Shown here in pieces: positions 39,441 to 49,438 of a stretch of DNA of 64,000 nucleotides (position 1 is its first letter; every line of letters begins with the position of its first letter). Origin of the DNA: an uncultured Nitrososphaerota archaeon. Its GTDB lineage: Archaea; Thermoproteota; Nitrososphaeria; Conexivisphaerales; DTJL01. The stretch lies in NCBI GenBank assembly GCA_963842885.1, contig CAWJIE010000005.1:352001-416000 (forward strand). The letters run 5' to 3'. Made by a program: the position numbers and the translations under genes. Below the pieces are notes generated by a model. The model searched no databases. It saw only the letters and a program-made list of their open reading frames with translations, and was not told the DNA's origin.

Positions 39441-40815
39441 GTGACTGTTATGGCTGGGAACATTACGATAGTCAGGGACGGTCTGGTCGTTACCATGGAC
39501 GACCAGCGCAACGTCATCGAGAACGGGGCGGTGGTCGTGGAGGGGAACAGGATCTTGGACGTCGACAAGACGCCGATTGTCCTGAAGAACCACCGAGCGG
39601 ACACGACGATCTCCGCGAAGGGCGGGATCGTCATCCCCGGTCTCATCTGCGCCCACACGCACCTCTACGGCATTCTTCTCAGGGGAGCCTCCATCGGCCT
39701 CCCGCCCTCCACCGACTTCACTCAGAACCTGCAACGCGTCTGGTGGCCCATGGACCAGGCCATGGAGCTGCGCGACGCCTACGCCAGCGCCCTGATGTCG
39801 TCCGTGGAGTTCCTGCGCACGGGCACCACGACCTTCGCCGACACCTTCTCAGGCCCCTAACGCCGTAGAAGGGGTGCTGGACTCGGTCGAAAGGGGCGTC
39901 GACGAGGTGGGTATTCGCGGTCTGCTCTCCTTCGAAGCCACGGAGAGGAGGAGCCGCGAAGAGGGAGAGAGGGGGGTGGAGGAGAACGTCCGCTTCATCA
40001 AGAAGCCCAAGGCAGGGAGGTGCTCCGGCATGATGAGCCTCCACGCATCTTTCACGGTGAGCGACTCGCTCATCGAGAAGGCGGCAGACACGGCCCGAGA
40101 GCTCAGGGCGCCGCTGACGATGCACGCCTCCGAAGGCAGAGGCGACCTCTACCACAACATGGAGCACTATGGCATGCGGACCGTGGAGAGGCTCAGCCGG
40201 CTTGGGTTCCTCGGCCCGGACGTGGTCCTGGCGCACGCCGTCCACGTCAACGGAGACGAGCTCAAGCTCATCAAGGACTCAGGGACAAACGTCGCCCACA
40301 ACCCCATGAGCAACATGCTCAACGCCGTGGGTACGGCCCCGGTGGACATGATGCAGGGGCTGGGCATCAACGTGGCCCTCGGCAACGACGGCTACATCTT
40401 CGACGCGTTCGAGAACCTCAGAGCCGCCTTCCTGATACACAAGCTGCACAGGGAGGACCCAAGGGTGCTCAGCCCGATGGAGGTCGTTGAATTGGCCACC
40501 GTCAATGCGGCCAGGGCCTATCGCCTGGACGACCTCGGGTCGCTGCAGGCCGGGAAGAAGGCGGACATGGTGATCCTGAAGCCCCTCCTGCCTACGCCGC
40601 TTACACCATCGACGGTCTATGGACACCTGGTGAACTCAGTGGGAGGGAGCGATGTGGACACCGTCTTGGTGGACGGGGAGGTCCTCCTCAAAGGCGGAAA
40701 GCCCACAAGGGTGGATCGCGAGAAGGCCGCCAGGGTTTCGCAGGAAGCCGCCGCTAGCCTTTGGGCCAGGCTGAGCGACGTCACCAGCCAGGTGGACGTA
40801 TTCAAGGCCTCCTAG
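39441..40815 (+). CDS. Amidohydrolase (SsnA/MtaD-like); frameshift near 39858
   Basis: PGLICAHTHLY, GTTT, HASE, AHAVH, LGNDG. Confidence 0.88.
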
Positions 40816-40872
40816 TGCCCCATAGTTTTAATTCATCGGGAATGTATACTCATATGAGGAGCGCCAGAAGTC

Positions 40873-41742
40873 ATGCCTGGCACGGTCGAAACGTCGGCGG
40901 AGGTCTTGGCTCCGCTTTTCACGCCGAGGAAGTCCACATCTAGGAAGGGGGAGAACGGCCGGGTCCTAGTCGTCGGAGGGAGCTGGCTCTACCACGGCGC
41001 CCCTGTCCATGCCGCAGAGGGGGCCACGCGCGCTGGTGTCGACCTGGTGTATCTGGCGGTCCCCCGCGTGATAGCGGATCCCGTGAGGGCGTACTCCGCT
41101 GACTTCATAGTGTTCCCGCTGGCCGACCAGAAGCTCACCACTGGGGCGGTAAGGCGCCTCCTAAAGTGGATTCCCGAGATCGATTCAGCCGTCATTGGCC
41201 CCGGCCTAGGTTGGCAACCCTCCGACGGCGTCAAGCTCCTCTGCAGCGAGCTGATGTCCAGGAAGGTCAAGCTCACCCTGGACGCCGACGCGCTGCGCAA
41301 GGACGTGGTGTCCGTATGCAGAGGAGGGGAGGTGGTGCTCACTCCCCATTCGGGCGAGTTCTTCAGGCTGACGGGCGAGCAACTTCCGACCGTCCTCGGG
41401 GATAGGATTGTAATGGTCAGGAAGGCGGCCGCCGAGATGGGCGTAGTCATCCTTTCCAAGGGTGTCTTGGACGTGGCGAGCGACGGGACTACGACCTACG
41501 TAAACAGGACGGGCTGCTCGGCCATGACAGTCGGGGGCACGGGCGACGTTTTGGCGGGGCTCGTCGCCGGCCTAATGGCCTTGAAGATGCAGCCTCTAGC
41601 CTCCGCCGCGGCTGCCTCTTTCGTAAACGGGAGGGCCGGTGAGGCGGCCAAGAGGCTCATGGGGAACCACATAACGGCCACCGATGTCGCCCGTCTCCTG
41701 CCCGCCACGCTTAAGGACTTCGACCTAGAGGACAATCAGTAG
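40873..41742 (+). CDS. nnrD: ADP-dependent NAD(P)H-hydrate dehydratase
   Basis: VGGSWLYHGAP, GPGLG, DADAL, TPHSGEF, GGTGDVLAG. Confidence 0.9.
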   Translation: MPGTVETSAEVLAPLFTPRKSTSRKGENGRVLVVGGSWLYHGAPVHAAEGATRAGVDLVYLAVPRVIADPVRAYSADFIVFPLADQKLTTGAVRRLLKWIPEIDSAVIGPGLGWQPSDGVKLLCSELMSRKVKLTLDADALRKDVVSVCRGGEVVLTPHSGEFFRLTGEQLPTVLGDRIVMVRKAAAEMGVVILSKGVLDVASDGTTTYVNRTGCSAMTVGGTGDVLAGLVAGLMALKMQPLASAAAASFVNGRAGEAAKRLMGNHITATDVARLLPATLKDFDLEDNQ

Positions 41743-41749
41743 CTCGCCC

Positions 41750-42492
41750 ATGTCGTCAGGCCTAGGTGAGGACTGGGACAGGATACTCGACGACCTCAGG
41801 GTGCTCGTCCCCCTATACGAAAGGGGGAACAAGATCTCTCTCTAGGGCAGTCTGGGAGGCTCAGGCGCACGGCCCTCGCCCTGGGTCTGCCCAGGGCAGG
41901 CGTCGTCGTCGACGTCGGGAGCGGCCCGGGGAGCATGAGCATCGAGGCCAGGAGGCTGAACCCTTCTCTTGAGACCGTGCTGGTGGACCCCCTCCCTGAG
42001 ATGCTGGCATTCGCTTCGTCGCAGGAGGAGCTGAGAGATGCCGGAATGGTCCGCGGGGTCTACGAGTTCCTCCCTTTCCGCGGCCGGTCCTTCGCCGGAT
42101 ACCTTGCGGGCTTCACCCTCCGTGACGCCCGGGACAGGGCGGAGGCCGTCCGTGAAGCGAGCAGGGTGCTGGCGCCGGGAGGCTCCGTCGTCGCCCTCGA
42201 CCTGGGGAGGCCCGATTCAAGAGTCAAGCGGTTGTTTGTGGCCGCGTACTGGAGGTTGGTGGCGCCCCTCTTGCTCTTTGCCTTCTTGCGTGGGAAGGGC
42301 AAGCCCTTCCGAGACATATACATCACTCTGAAGAGGCTCCCGAGCAATTCCGATATCATCTCCCTTTTCTCCGGGCTCTTCGCCGAGGTCAGGCCCATAA
42401 GGCTGATGCTGGACGGCGTTCTCGTGATCGTGGCAAAGGGCCCACTTCAGGCTGACACGGTGGGAAGGGACTCTGCCACCGGCTTGAAGTAG
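41750..42492 (+). CDS. UbiE/MenG-like SAM methyltransferase; frameshift near 41840
   Basis: VVDVGSGPG, LPF, FTLRD, RVLAPGG. Confidence 0.8.
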
Positions 42493-42893
42493 TCGCGGAC
42501 CTGTCCTCCCGTCAGGTAGTACAGGATCAGGAGCTCGATCGCCAGGCTGACTATCCCGGCGGGGAGGATGAAGACGCTTGCGAGCGCGCCAAGAAGGGAG
42601 AGGATGATGGACATCCAACGGGCCCAGCTCTTCCCATTCCACAGGCCGTATGCGCTGAGCAGCGCCAGCAGCCCTATCACTATGAAGAAGGCGGAGACCA
42701 GCTGCACCGCCAGGGCCAAGAAGTCGGTGCCTATGCTGGCGCAAGAAGAATCGATATTGATGAGCATCTGGATGTAGGCCTGCATGCCCGACAGCAGGGA
42801 AAACCCGAGGAGCAATGAGACGGTCGCGCCCAGCGCGTCGGGTATCGCCAGCGCCGTGATGCCCAGCGGACGCGGCTTCTGGCCATAGGCCAA
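42447..42893 (-). CDS. Membrane protein
   Basis: RPLGIT..., GLWNGKSWAR; about 4 TM helices. Confidence 0.7.
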   Translation of the reverse strand: MAYGQKPRPLGITALAIPDALGATVSLLLGFSLLSGMQAYIQMLINIDSSCASIGTDFLALAVQLVSAFFIVIGLLALLSAYGLWNGKSWARWMSIILSLLGALASVFILPAGIVSLAIELLILYYLTGGQVRDYFKPVAESLPTVSA

Positions 42894-43090
42894 CAGCGGG
42901 CCCCTCCCGATGGCTCGTAATGGTCCGGGCCCGCCTTATCCCCGCGCAGCTCATGGGAGTTCGAGGCCATTCCGTCGAGCATTCTCTTCCTGCCTTCCTA
43001 GACAGAAGCTGATAACGCTTGCCACGCACGCAGGAAGACCTCGCCGGCAAAGGTTATATCGAGCTATCTTCAGCCTTCCTCCGACAGGCT

Positions 43091-43420
43091 TTGGGCGGCA
43101 CGAAGAAGAAGACGGTCGCCTCCATGGAGAGGGAGCAGGATCGAAAGGACGTAGAGGAGAAGCCGAAGGAGAAGAAAGGCGGAAAGGGCGCCAAGCCTTC
43201 GAGGGCTCTCCAGCCGCAGTACTCCCTTAGCGTGAGAGAGGAGGACGCCGTGGGCCAGCTCGCTCCCCTTAAGGCCATAACCATCTATTCAGCTGCGAAG
43301 GCACTGGGGATCAAGGCCAGCATAGCTTCCACTCTGCTGCGTTCCATGGCCGAGAAGGGCCTGCTCGACAGGGTCGGCGGCTTCAGCGGCCACTATGTGT
43401 ACGCTGTCAAGAAGAGGTAG
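43091..43420 (+). CDS. rps25e: 30S ribosomal protein S25e
   Basis: MGGTKKK start; winged helix ITIYSAAKALGIKASIA...HYVY. Confidence 0.8.
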   Translation: MGGTKKKTVASMEREQDRKDVEEKPKEKKGGKGAKPSRALQPQYSLSVREEDAVGQLAPLKAITIYSAAKALGIKASIASTLLRSMAEKGLLDRVGGFSGHYVYAVKKR

Positions 43421-43506
43421 TCGTCCGCTCTCCTCCGGGGTCTCTTTTCGTCACTCGGACGGGTAAACCTCTCGGAAGATCGGGAGATCTGGCTACAGTC
43501 TCGAGC

Positions 43507-43845
43507 TCATTGAACTTCGATTCTCTGTTCCGAGTATCCCATCCGCGTCAGCATCTCCTTGACGCTGTCGCGTTGGTCTCCCTGAAGAATGATGATGCCG
43601 TCCTTCACGCTTCCGCCTGTCGCCAGCTTCTTCTTGAGTTCGCGTGCGACGTCAGCGAGACTGTCCTGCGTGCCCGAAAGGCCCTCGACCACAGTGGTCT
43701 TCTTGCGGAACCTCCTTAGCTCGAGCCTGACAATGATGCGGCTCTCTTCAGCGTCGAGCTCTCTGAGGACGTCGGAGAACAGCGAGTCGCCCTCAGACTT
43801 CGCGCTGCCGGTCGGTCCAGTGTCCGATTCTGAGGTCTTCTCCAT
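43507..43845 (-). CDS. Translation initiation factor aIF1/SUI1
   Basis: RRFRKKTTVVEG, LKKKLATGGSVKDG, LQGD. Confidence 0.88.
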   Translation of the reverse strand: MEKTSESDTGPTGSAKSEGDSLFSDVLRELDAEESRIIVRLELRRFRKKTTVVEGLSGTQDSLADVARELKKKLATGGSVKDGIIILQGDQRDSVKEMLTRMGYSEQRIEVQ

Positions 43846-43984
43846 CCAGATTCTGGACGGCGCAGACTCAGTTAATTACTCATCGGTGTAACTTCAGCCC
43901 AGGTCTCCGAGCCACCCGCCTCCGTTCGTTCGGATGGTTGCCCTGAAGGCTTCTTCCTGGTGGGGTGGCCGTTTCTGGGGCGCC

Positions 43985-44392
43985 CTAGGTGTGGGGAGCC
44001 GGCTGGGGAGAGTTCTCCACTTCGAAGATCACAGTGTCGCCTCGCCTTATCTTCTTGAGCAAGCTGCTGTCTGACGTGACCCTTCCCACCTGATTCATGG
44101 GCCTGGCGGTGGCCGTGTCGGCGAGAAACATGCACAGCGCCCCGTTCAAGGGAAGGAAAGCGATGTCTCCAGCTGCGAATCGGTTCTTCGGCTTCTCGGG
44201 CCCCGCCTTGATGTTGGTCAGTATCATGACCGAGTTCTGCTCCAGAGTGGCCCTTCCGGCTATCCTTCCGTGCCTGATGATGGAGCCGCTGGTGGACGGG
44301 GCGAGGTGTTTGATGATTTCACCCTTAATCTTCCCCTTTCCCAGCACGCTGATGCTCAACGGCACCCTCGAAAAGGATTCTGGGGAGGTCAT
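43985..44392 (-). CDS. Cyclophilin-like fold protein
   Basis: HLAPST, GPEK, AGDIAFLP, MNQVG. Confidence 0.65.
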   Translation of the reverse strand: MTSPESFSRVPLSISVLGKGKIKGEIIKHLAPSTSGSIIRHGRIAGRATLEQNSVMILTNIKAGPEKPKNRFAAGDIAFLPLNGALCMFLADTATARPMNQVGRVTSDSSLLKKIRRGDTVIFEVENSPQPAPHT

Positions 44393-44446
44393 CGCATCGC
44401 TTTCATGATAGCCTGGACTCACTTAAAAACCGTCGGAAGGAGGAAC

Positions 44447-45709
44447 TCACTCGTTGGCGTACTTCAGGGCCAGCCGCAGGACGTCCCTGCCGCCGAGGAG
44501 GCCCAAAGAACCCTTCGCCGCTGCGGATTCGGTGAACCTCTCCGTCCCATCTCCATCCATGCCCTCCCTTGAGATGACCAGAGGAACCGGGTCGTCGCTG
44601 TGGGCTCTCATGGTGCAGGGCGTCGAGTGGTCGGCGGAGATGGCCACTGTCACGCCCTTGAGGCGGCCGGACGCCACAAGGGGGAGGAAGAAGCCCCTGT
44701 CTATCGCCTCCAGGCTCTGCATCTTCGCTACTGCGTCTCCATCGTGGCCGGGCTCGTCGGGCCCCTTGATGTGGAGGTAGACGACGTCGAATCTGCCGAG
44801 GAGCTCTAGCACTTTCGCCAGCTTGTCTTCGTAGTCGAAGACGCCCTTCGATACGAACACCTCCATTCCCGTGAGCCTTCCGATGCCGAGCTCCACGGGC
44901 ATGTCGGCGACGATGGCGAAACTAGCCCCGTACTTAGAGGACATCTTCTCGACCTTCGGAAGCTTGCTCCCCGCGTCCCTCGTGAGCACTATGTTGGCCG
45001 GCTTGAACCCCTTCCTCAACCTCTCAGCGTTGACGTCGCTGGACACAAGGACTTGGTGAGACTTCGCCACGAACTCGTTTACAACGGAGGCACCAATGGC
45101 GGCGCCGGTGCTCCCGTCGAGGGGGATGCACCTCTGAGGTTCCATCTCCGTTATCTTCTCCTTCGCTACCCCCATCCCGCCCACCTTGGCATAGGCCGGA
45201 TCGGTGTTGGAAATCTCCCCCGATAGCTCGGTCCCTCTGACGCGGAAGGTCAGGACGGCCCTGTGAGAGAGCGTGTGAATGAATTTGAAGGAGGAGCCGG
45301 GCACTGAGAGGTGCACGCCTTCGGCTATCTCCTCAGCGAGCCTCTTCCCTTCCTGTTGGCTGAGGTTCCTGCCGGATCGTCTGTCGGTGATGTTCATTTC
45401 GTCGTCGACGGTGGCGAAATTCGCCCTGAGGGCGAGGTCCCCGTCTTTGAAGTCCGTGCCTGCACCCACGGCTTCTATGACGCCCCTTCCCGGGTACTCC
45501 TCGCCGAAGCCGTATCCGAGCATGCTGAACACGGCCACGTCCGACTCGGGGGCGATCCCCTTGCCGACCGTATACACCAGGCCGCTCACGCCCCTGGATG
45601 CGATGCGATCGATCCCCGGGGTGTTTGCGGCTTCGAGGGGGGTCCTCCCCTGAAGGACAGGGTTCGGCCTGTCGCCAACGCCGTCCAATAGGACGTAAAG
45701 GAGCTTCAA
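44447..45709 (-). CDS. apgM: 2,3-bisphosphoglycerate-independent phosphoglycerate mutase
   Basis: DGVGDRP, TPLEAA, APESD, DEPGHDG, ADHSTP, HSDDPVP. Confidence 0.92.
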   Translation of the reverse strand: MKLLYVLLDGVGDRPNPVLQGRTPLEAANTPGIDRIASRGVSGLVYTVGKGIAPESDVAVFSMLGYGFGEEYPGRGVIEAVGAGTDFKDGDLALRANFATVDDEMNITDRRSGRNLSQQEGKRLAEEIAEGVHLSVPGSSFKFIHTLSHRAVLTFRVRGTELSGEISNTDPAYAKVGGMGVAKEKITEMEPQRCIPLDGSTGAAIGASVVNEFVAKSHQVLVSSDVNAERLRKGFKPANIVLTRDAGSKLPKVEKMSSKYGASFAIVADMPVELGIGRLTGMEVFVSKGVFDYEDKLAKVLELLGRFDVVYLHIKGPDEPGHDGDAVAKMQSLEAIDRGFFLPLVASGRLKGVTVAISADHSTPCTMRAHSDDPVPLVISREGMDGDGTERFTESAAAKGSLGLLGGRDVLRLALKYANE

Positions 45710-45796
45710 GCCTTGGTTACACTCTTGCCGTCCGATTTATCAAGTTTGGGTATTGATTCCTGACCTTCGGTCGGGCGGCACCCCTCGGATGCAGAA

Positions 45797-47095
45797 TCAG
45801 AAGCTAGCCTTCTTGTCGTAGGGGTTGGGCACGGGTCCTCCAGGGGGAGCAGGCGACCCCCTGTCCAGCATCTGGGCGGGCGTCCTGTATCCCGCTGGCG
45901 GCATCCCGGGCTTAGGCGCGGCAGGGCTCCTGGCCTTCCTCATCCTTTGTACTATGGTGGTGACCTTTCCTTCGAAGTCCACGAATATGGTGTTGTACAC
46001 AGCGAACGTCTCTGCCGGGCTGCTGAAGATCTTGTGGTACGCAGGGGGCAGCTTCTCGCCCATGCATACGAAGTGATCGAGCTGCTGGAGGATCCGCCAC
46101 AGCACCTTCACACGTTCGTCGCCAACCTCCTTGATGAAGGGCTTGAGGGCGGATACCCTGTCATACGATATCCTCTGCATCGGGTTGGCCAAGAAGCGGT
46201 TGACGTTGCCACCCGATTCCTCCGTGGCTATCGTGAGCGGCTCGGGGACGGAAAGGCTCCCGGCGGGGGTCGTATCCAGCACGTACTCGGTAGGGGTCGT
46301 GAAACTGAAGCCCTGCTCGTGAAGGGTCCCCGCGATAAGCTTGAAGTACGTCTTGTCTCTCTTGCCCAGCTCGTCTGTGTCCAGGTAGATGACCCCCAAT
46401 CCGTCCCCGCTCTTGAGCCTGTCAATCTCCTCTATCGCACCGCTGACGAGCGCCTTGCTCACCACGGTGTCTCTGACGAGCAGCCTGAGGCCCGGGGCCG
46501 CCGAAGAGGTGTATGTGAAGGCGGAGCTCTCGGCGTTCAACCCCATGACTCCGTCGACGAACATGCCGACGAAGCCCATGGCTTCTGCACTGCGGGCGAT
46601 TTTGTCGTTGAACAGTAGCTTGGTGTTCGCCAGCACCTTGGGCTGCACCGAGAACATCTTGCCCAAGAGGTTAGCGTCCTCCTTCACCTGCTCCTCGAAC
46701 TCGTCGAGCCCTCCGGAATAGAGCGAAGCGAGGGAGTTGTGATACGGTACGGCTACGAACTCCAGCGCGCCTAGGCCCAGGAGCTTCTTGATGACGCTGA
46801 GCAGGAAGGCATCCTCCTTTATCACCTGCTCAATGAACAGCCCGCTGGCCGCGACGGAGAACTTGAAGGGGTTGGGCGTCTTGGCAGTCGCTTCGGCGAC
46901 CTCGAGGAGGCCCGTGAACAGCGGCGTGAAAATCTGCTTGGAGTTCTCCAGATACAACTTGTGGCACAGCCCGTAATCAAAGTACCTGTCCATGAGGCTG
47001 GCTTCGTCGGCTATCCTCTTTGCCCTCTCGTATGGAAAGTTGCGGCTAAGGTATATCGGCTGTTGCAAGGAGACGATTAGGCATATCTTCTGCAA
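45797..47095 (-). CDS. Glycoside hydrolase family 57-like protein, apparently degenerate
   Basis: QQP, YHNSLASL, NTKL and NPMQ align with GH57 conserved regions. Confidence 0.7.
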   Translation of the reverse strand: MQKICLIVSLQQPIYLSRNFPYERAKRIADEASLMDRYFDYGLCHKLYLENSKQIFTPLFTGLLEVAEATAKTPNPFKFSVAASGLFIEQVIKEDAFLLSVIKKLLGLGALEFVAVPYHNSLASLYSGGLDEFEEQVKEDANLLGKMFSVQPKVLANTKLLFNDKIARSAEAMGFVGMFVDGVMGLNAESSAFTYTSSAAPGLRLLVRDTVVSKALVSGAIEEIDRLKSGDGLGVIYLDTDELGKRDKTYFKLIAGTLHEQGFSFTTPTEYVLDTTPAGSLSVPEPLTIATEESGGNVNRFLANPMQRISYDRVSALKPFIKEVGDERVKVLWRILQQLDHFVCMGEKLPPAYHKIFSSPAETFAVYNTIFVDFEGKVTTIVQRMRKARSPAAPKPGMPPAGYRTPAQMLDRGSPAPPGGPVPNPYDKKASF

Positions 47096-47274
47096 TTTGG
47101 ATGCAAAAGCCTCTCTCCCGTATTTATGTTTAATCGAAAGGAGTAAACTCATTGAGCCTTCGGCTCAAATTGTCTTAACATTGTGCGAGCGTGCGGCTTC
47201 CAACCTATGAAACGGCGCACATCTAGAGATTTAACCCCCTTCCGACATACCAGTACGGGCGGTCAGGTGGGGGT

Positions 47275-48288
47275 TTGCCGGAGCTTCGTGTGGACTACGT
47301 TTCAAGGACGATGTCATTGGTGCCGTTTGAGAAGCGGCGCAGCCGCGCGCCCGAGGACGGCTGCAGCTACTGCAAGGGGAAGGAGGAGTCTACGCCTCCC
47401 GCCGACCTTGTGCTCCAGGACCGTTTGGGTGGCATCGTGAAGACAAGCGACGGCGAGGACGACAGGGTGAAGGAATGGGTCGTCAGGGTGTTCAAGCATC
47501 CAGAGCCCCTTGTCTTCGATGATTCACGCTCCAACTACAGCGATGAACCCCTATTCGGCGAACCGGCTCGAGGCACTCACTACGTGGTCGTCTCCACGCC
47601 CAACCACGACGACACCTTCAGCAAGATGAGCATTGAACAGCTCTCGGACAACCTGATCGCCCTACAGGAACAGCTGAAGTTCCTCTATCAGGGAAGGGGG
47701 GTCTCCTACGTCTCCGCCTTCATAGACTCCGAGACGGGGAAGGGGACGGCGTCCCACCCGCACGTCGACCTTGTCAGCTTCTCCAGGATACCTCCGGTCA
47801 TCGAATCAGAGTCGAAGATGTCCGACGCGGTCTACGAAGAGCTGGGCCAGTGTCCATATTGCCGCCTTGTGCAGGTAGAGTCGGGCGGGCCCCGCCAGGT
47901 GCTCTCCTCGGAGAACTTCCTGGCCTTCGTCCCCTGGGCGCCCCGCCACGACTTCGAGTTCTGGATTGTGCCGCGCAAGCACCAGAAGAGCTTCCTCAAG
48001 ATGACGCAGCATCAGATCAAGGACCTCGCGATGATCCTGAGGTGCACCCTGGGCGGCCTGTCCGAGGGGCCCTCTCCAAACTACCACGTCGCCTTCCACT
48101 TCGCGCCGGAGAAGAGACAGCAATCCCAGTTTCACTGGCACGTCGAGGTCTACCCTGACCTCGTGAAGCGGAGGGCGCTGGCCGAGGGGTTCGGGGTATA
48201 TGTGAACACCGTGCCGCCCGAGATGATGGCGGACGAGCTGGGCGCGGCGTCGAGGAAGGAAGTCGCCAAGCTTCTGGGCGTCAAGTAG
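47275..48288 (+). CDS. GalT-like (HIT superfamily) nucleotidyltransferase
   Basis: CSYC, HPH, CPYC, FHWHVE, GFG...VNTVPPE. Confidence 0.8.
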   Translation: MPELRVDYVSRTMSLVPFEKRRSRAPEDGCSYCKGKEESTPPADLVLQDRLGGIVKTSDGEDDRVKEWVVRVFKHPEPLVFDDSRSNYSDEPLFGEPARGTHYVVVSTPNHDDTFSKMSIEQLSDNLIALQEQLKFLYQGRGVSYVSAFIDSETGKGTASHPHVDLVSFSRIPPVIESESKMSDAVYEELGQCPYCRLVQVESGGPRQVLSSENFLAFVPWAPRHDFEFWIVPRKHQKSFLKMTQHQIKDLAMILRCTLGGLSEGPSPNYHVAFHFAPEKRQQSQFHWHVEVYPDLVKRRALAEGFGVYVNTVPPEMMADELGAASRKEVAKLLGVK

Positions 48289-48345
48289 AGAGGGCCGCCC
48301 GTGAGGGCGACAGTTCTTTAAGAGCCGTCCCATGACCTAGGGCCC

Positions 48346-49293
48346 GTGCCTCGCAGACGCTATTCCGAAGTCGTCAGGGACTACGAAGTGGGCGACGAAA
48401 CGGCCTCCTCCATATCGAAGAAGATGGAACGGTCTGGCGGCTTCACCGGCAGGCACTTCGCCGAAGCCGTCGGCATCCTCGCTGAGATGTGGGGTGACAA
48501 GAGCTGCCTCAAGGTCATCTCTTTCCCCGCCGACATCATCTCGACCGGGCTCCGCGGCGTCATTATGCAGTTGACGCGTGACGGGAAGGTCGACCTCCTG
48601 ATCACGACATGCGGGACGCTGGACCACGACATCGCCAGGAGCTTCGCCCCATACATGAAGGGGGACTTCAGGCTCGATGACGAGAAGCTGCTGAAGGAGG
48701 GTTACCACAGGCTGGGGAACGTCCTCGTCCCCAAGAGCTCCTACGGACCCCTCCTTGAGGAGAAGCTCCAGCCCTTCTTCGAAGATCTGTATCGCGAAGG
48801 CAGACGAGAGCTGGGGGCATCCGAGCTCTCCTGGGCCATCGGGGAACGCCTCCTGAAGGAGGACTCTATACTCTACTGGGCGGCCAAGAGGAAGGTTCCG
48901 GTGGTCGTGCCTGGGCTCACCGACGGGGCCGTGGGATCGCAGGTGTGGCTGTTCTCCCAGAAGCATAGGGATTTCAAGATAAACGTCCTCAAGGACGAAG
49001 AGATCATGTCCGATGCCGTCTTCGAAGCCAAGAAGATGGGCGCCCTGATGCTAGGCGGCGGCATCAGCAAGCATCATGCGATATGGTGGGCGCAGTTCCG
49101 AGACGGCCTCGACTACGCGGTGTACCTCACCACGGCGATGGAGTACGACGGCTCCCTGAGCGGCGCCCTGGTCAGGGAGGCCATCTCCTGGGGTAAGGTG
49201 AAGGCCAAGGCGAAGCAGGTGACGGTCCACGGCGACGTCACGGTGCTCCTGCCCTTCCTCGTCTCCGCCTCTCTTGGAAGAATCGGCGAGTGA
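48346..49293 (+). CDS. dys: Deoxyhypusine synthase
   Basis: GGGISKHH, DGSLSGA, EAISWGK. Confidence 0.94.
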   Translation: MPRRRYSEVVRDYEVGDETASSISKKMERSGGFTGRHFAEAVGILAEMWGDKSCLKVISFPADIISTGLRGVIMQLTRDGKVDLLITTCGTLDHDIARSFAPYMKGDFRLDDEKLLKEGYHRLGNVLVPKSSYGPLLEEKLQPFFEDLYREGRRELGASELSWAIGERLLKEDSILYWAAKRKVPVVVPGLTDGAVGSQVWLFSQKHRDFKINVLKDEEIMSDAVFEAKKMGALMLGGGISKHHAIWWAQFRDGLDYAVYLTTAMEYDGSLSGALVREAISWGKVKAKAKQVTVHGDVTVLLPFLVSASLGRIGE

Positions 49294-49438
49294 AGCGGTC
49301 TCTGCGCTCTATGGAGGGAACAGGGGCCTGCGCTTCGCCAGAGCAATACTTATAGACGGCTCCCACATACACATTGAATTGTGTCTTTCTGGTCCATAGC
49401 TTCAGAGCATGGGTCATTGACAGAGGGGCACTAGGGCG

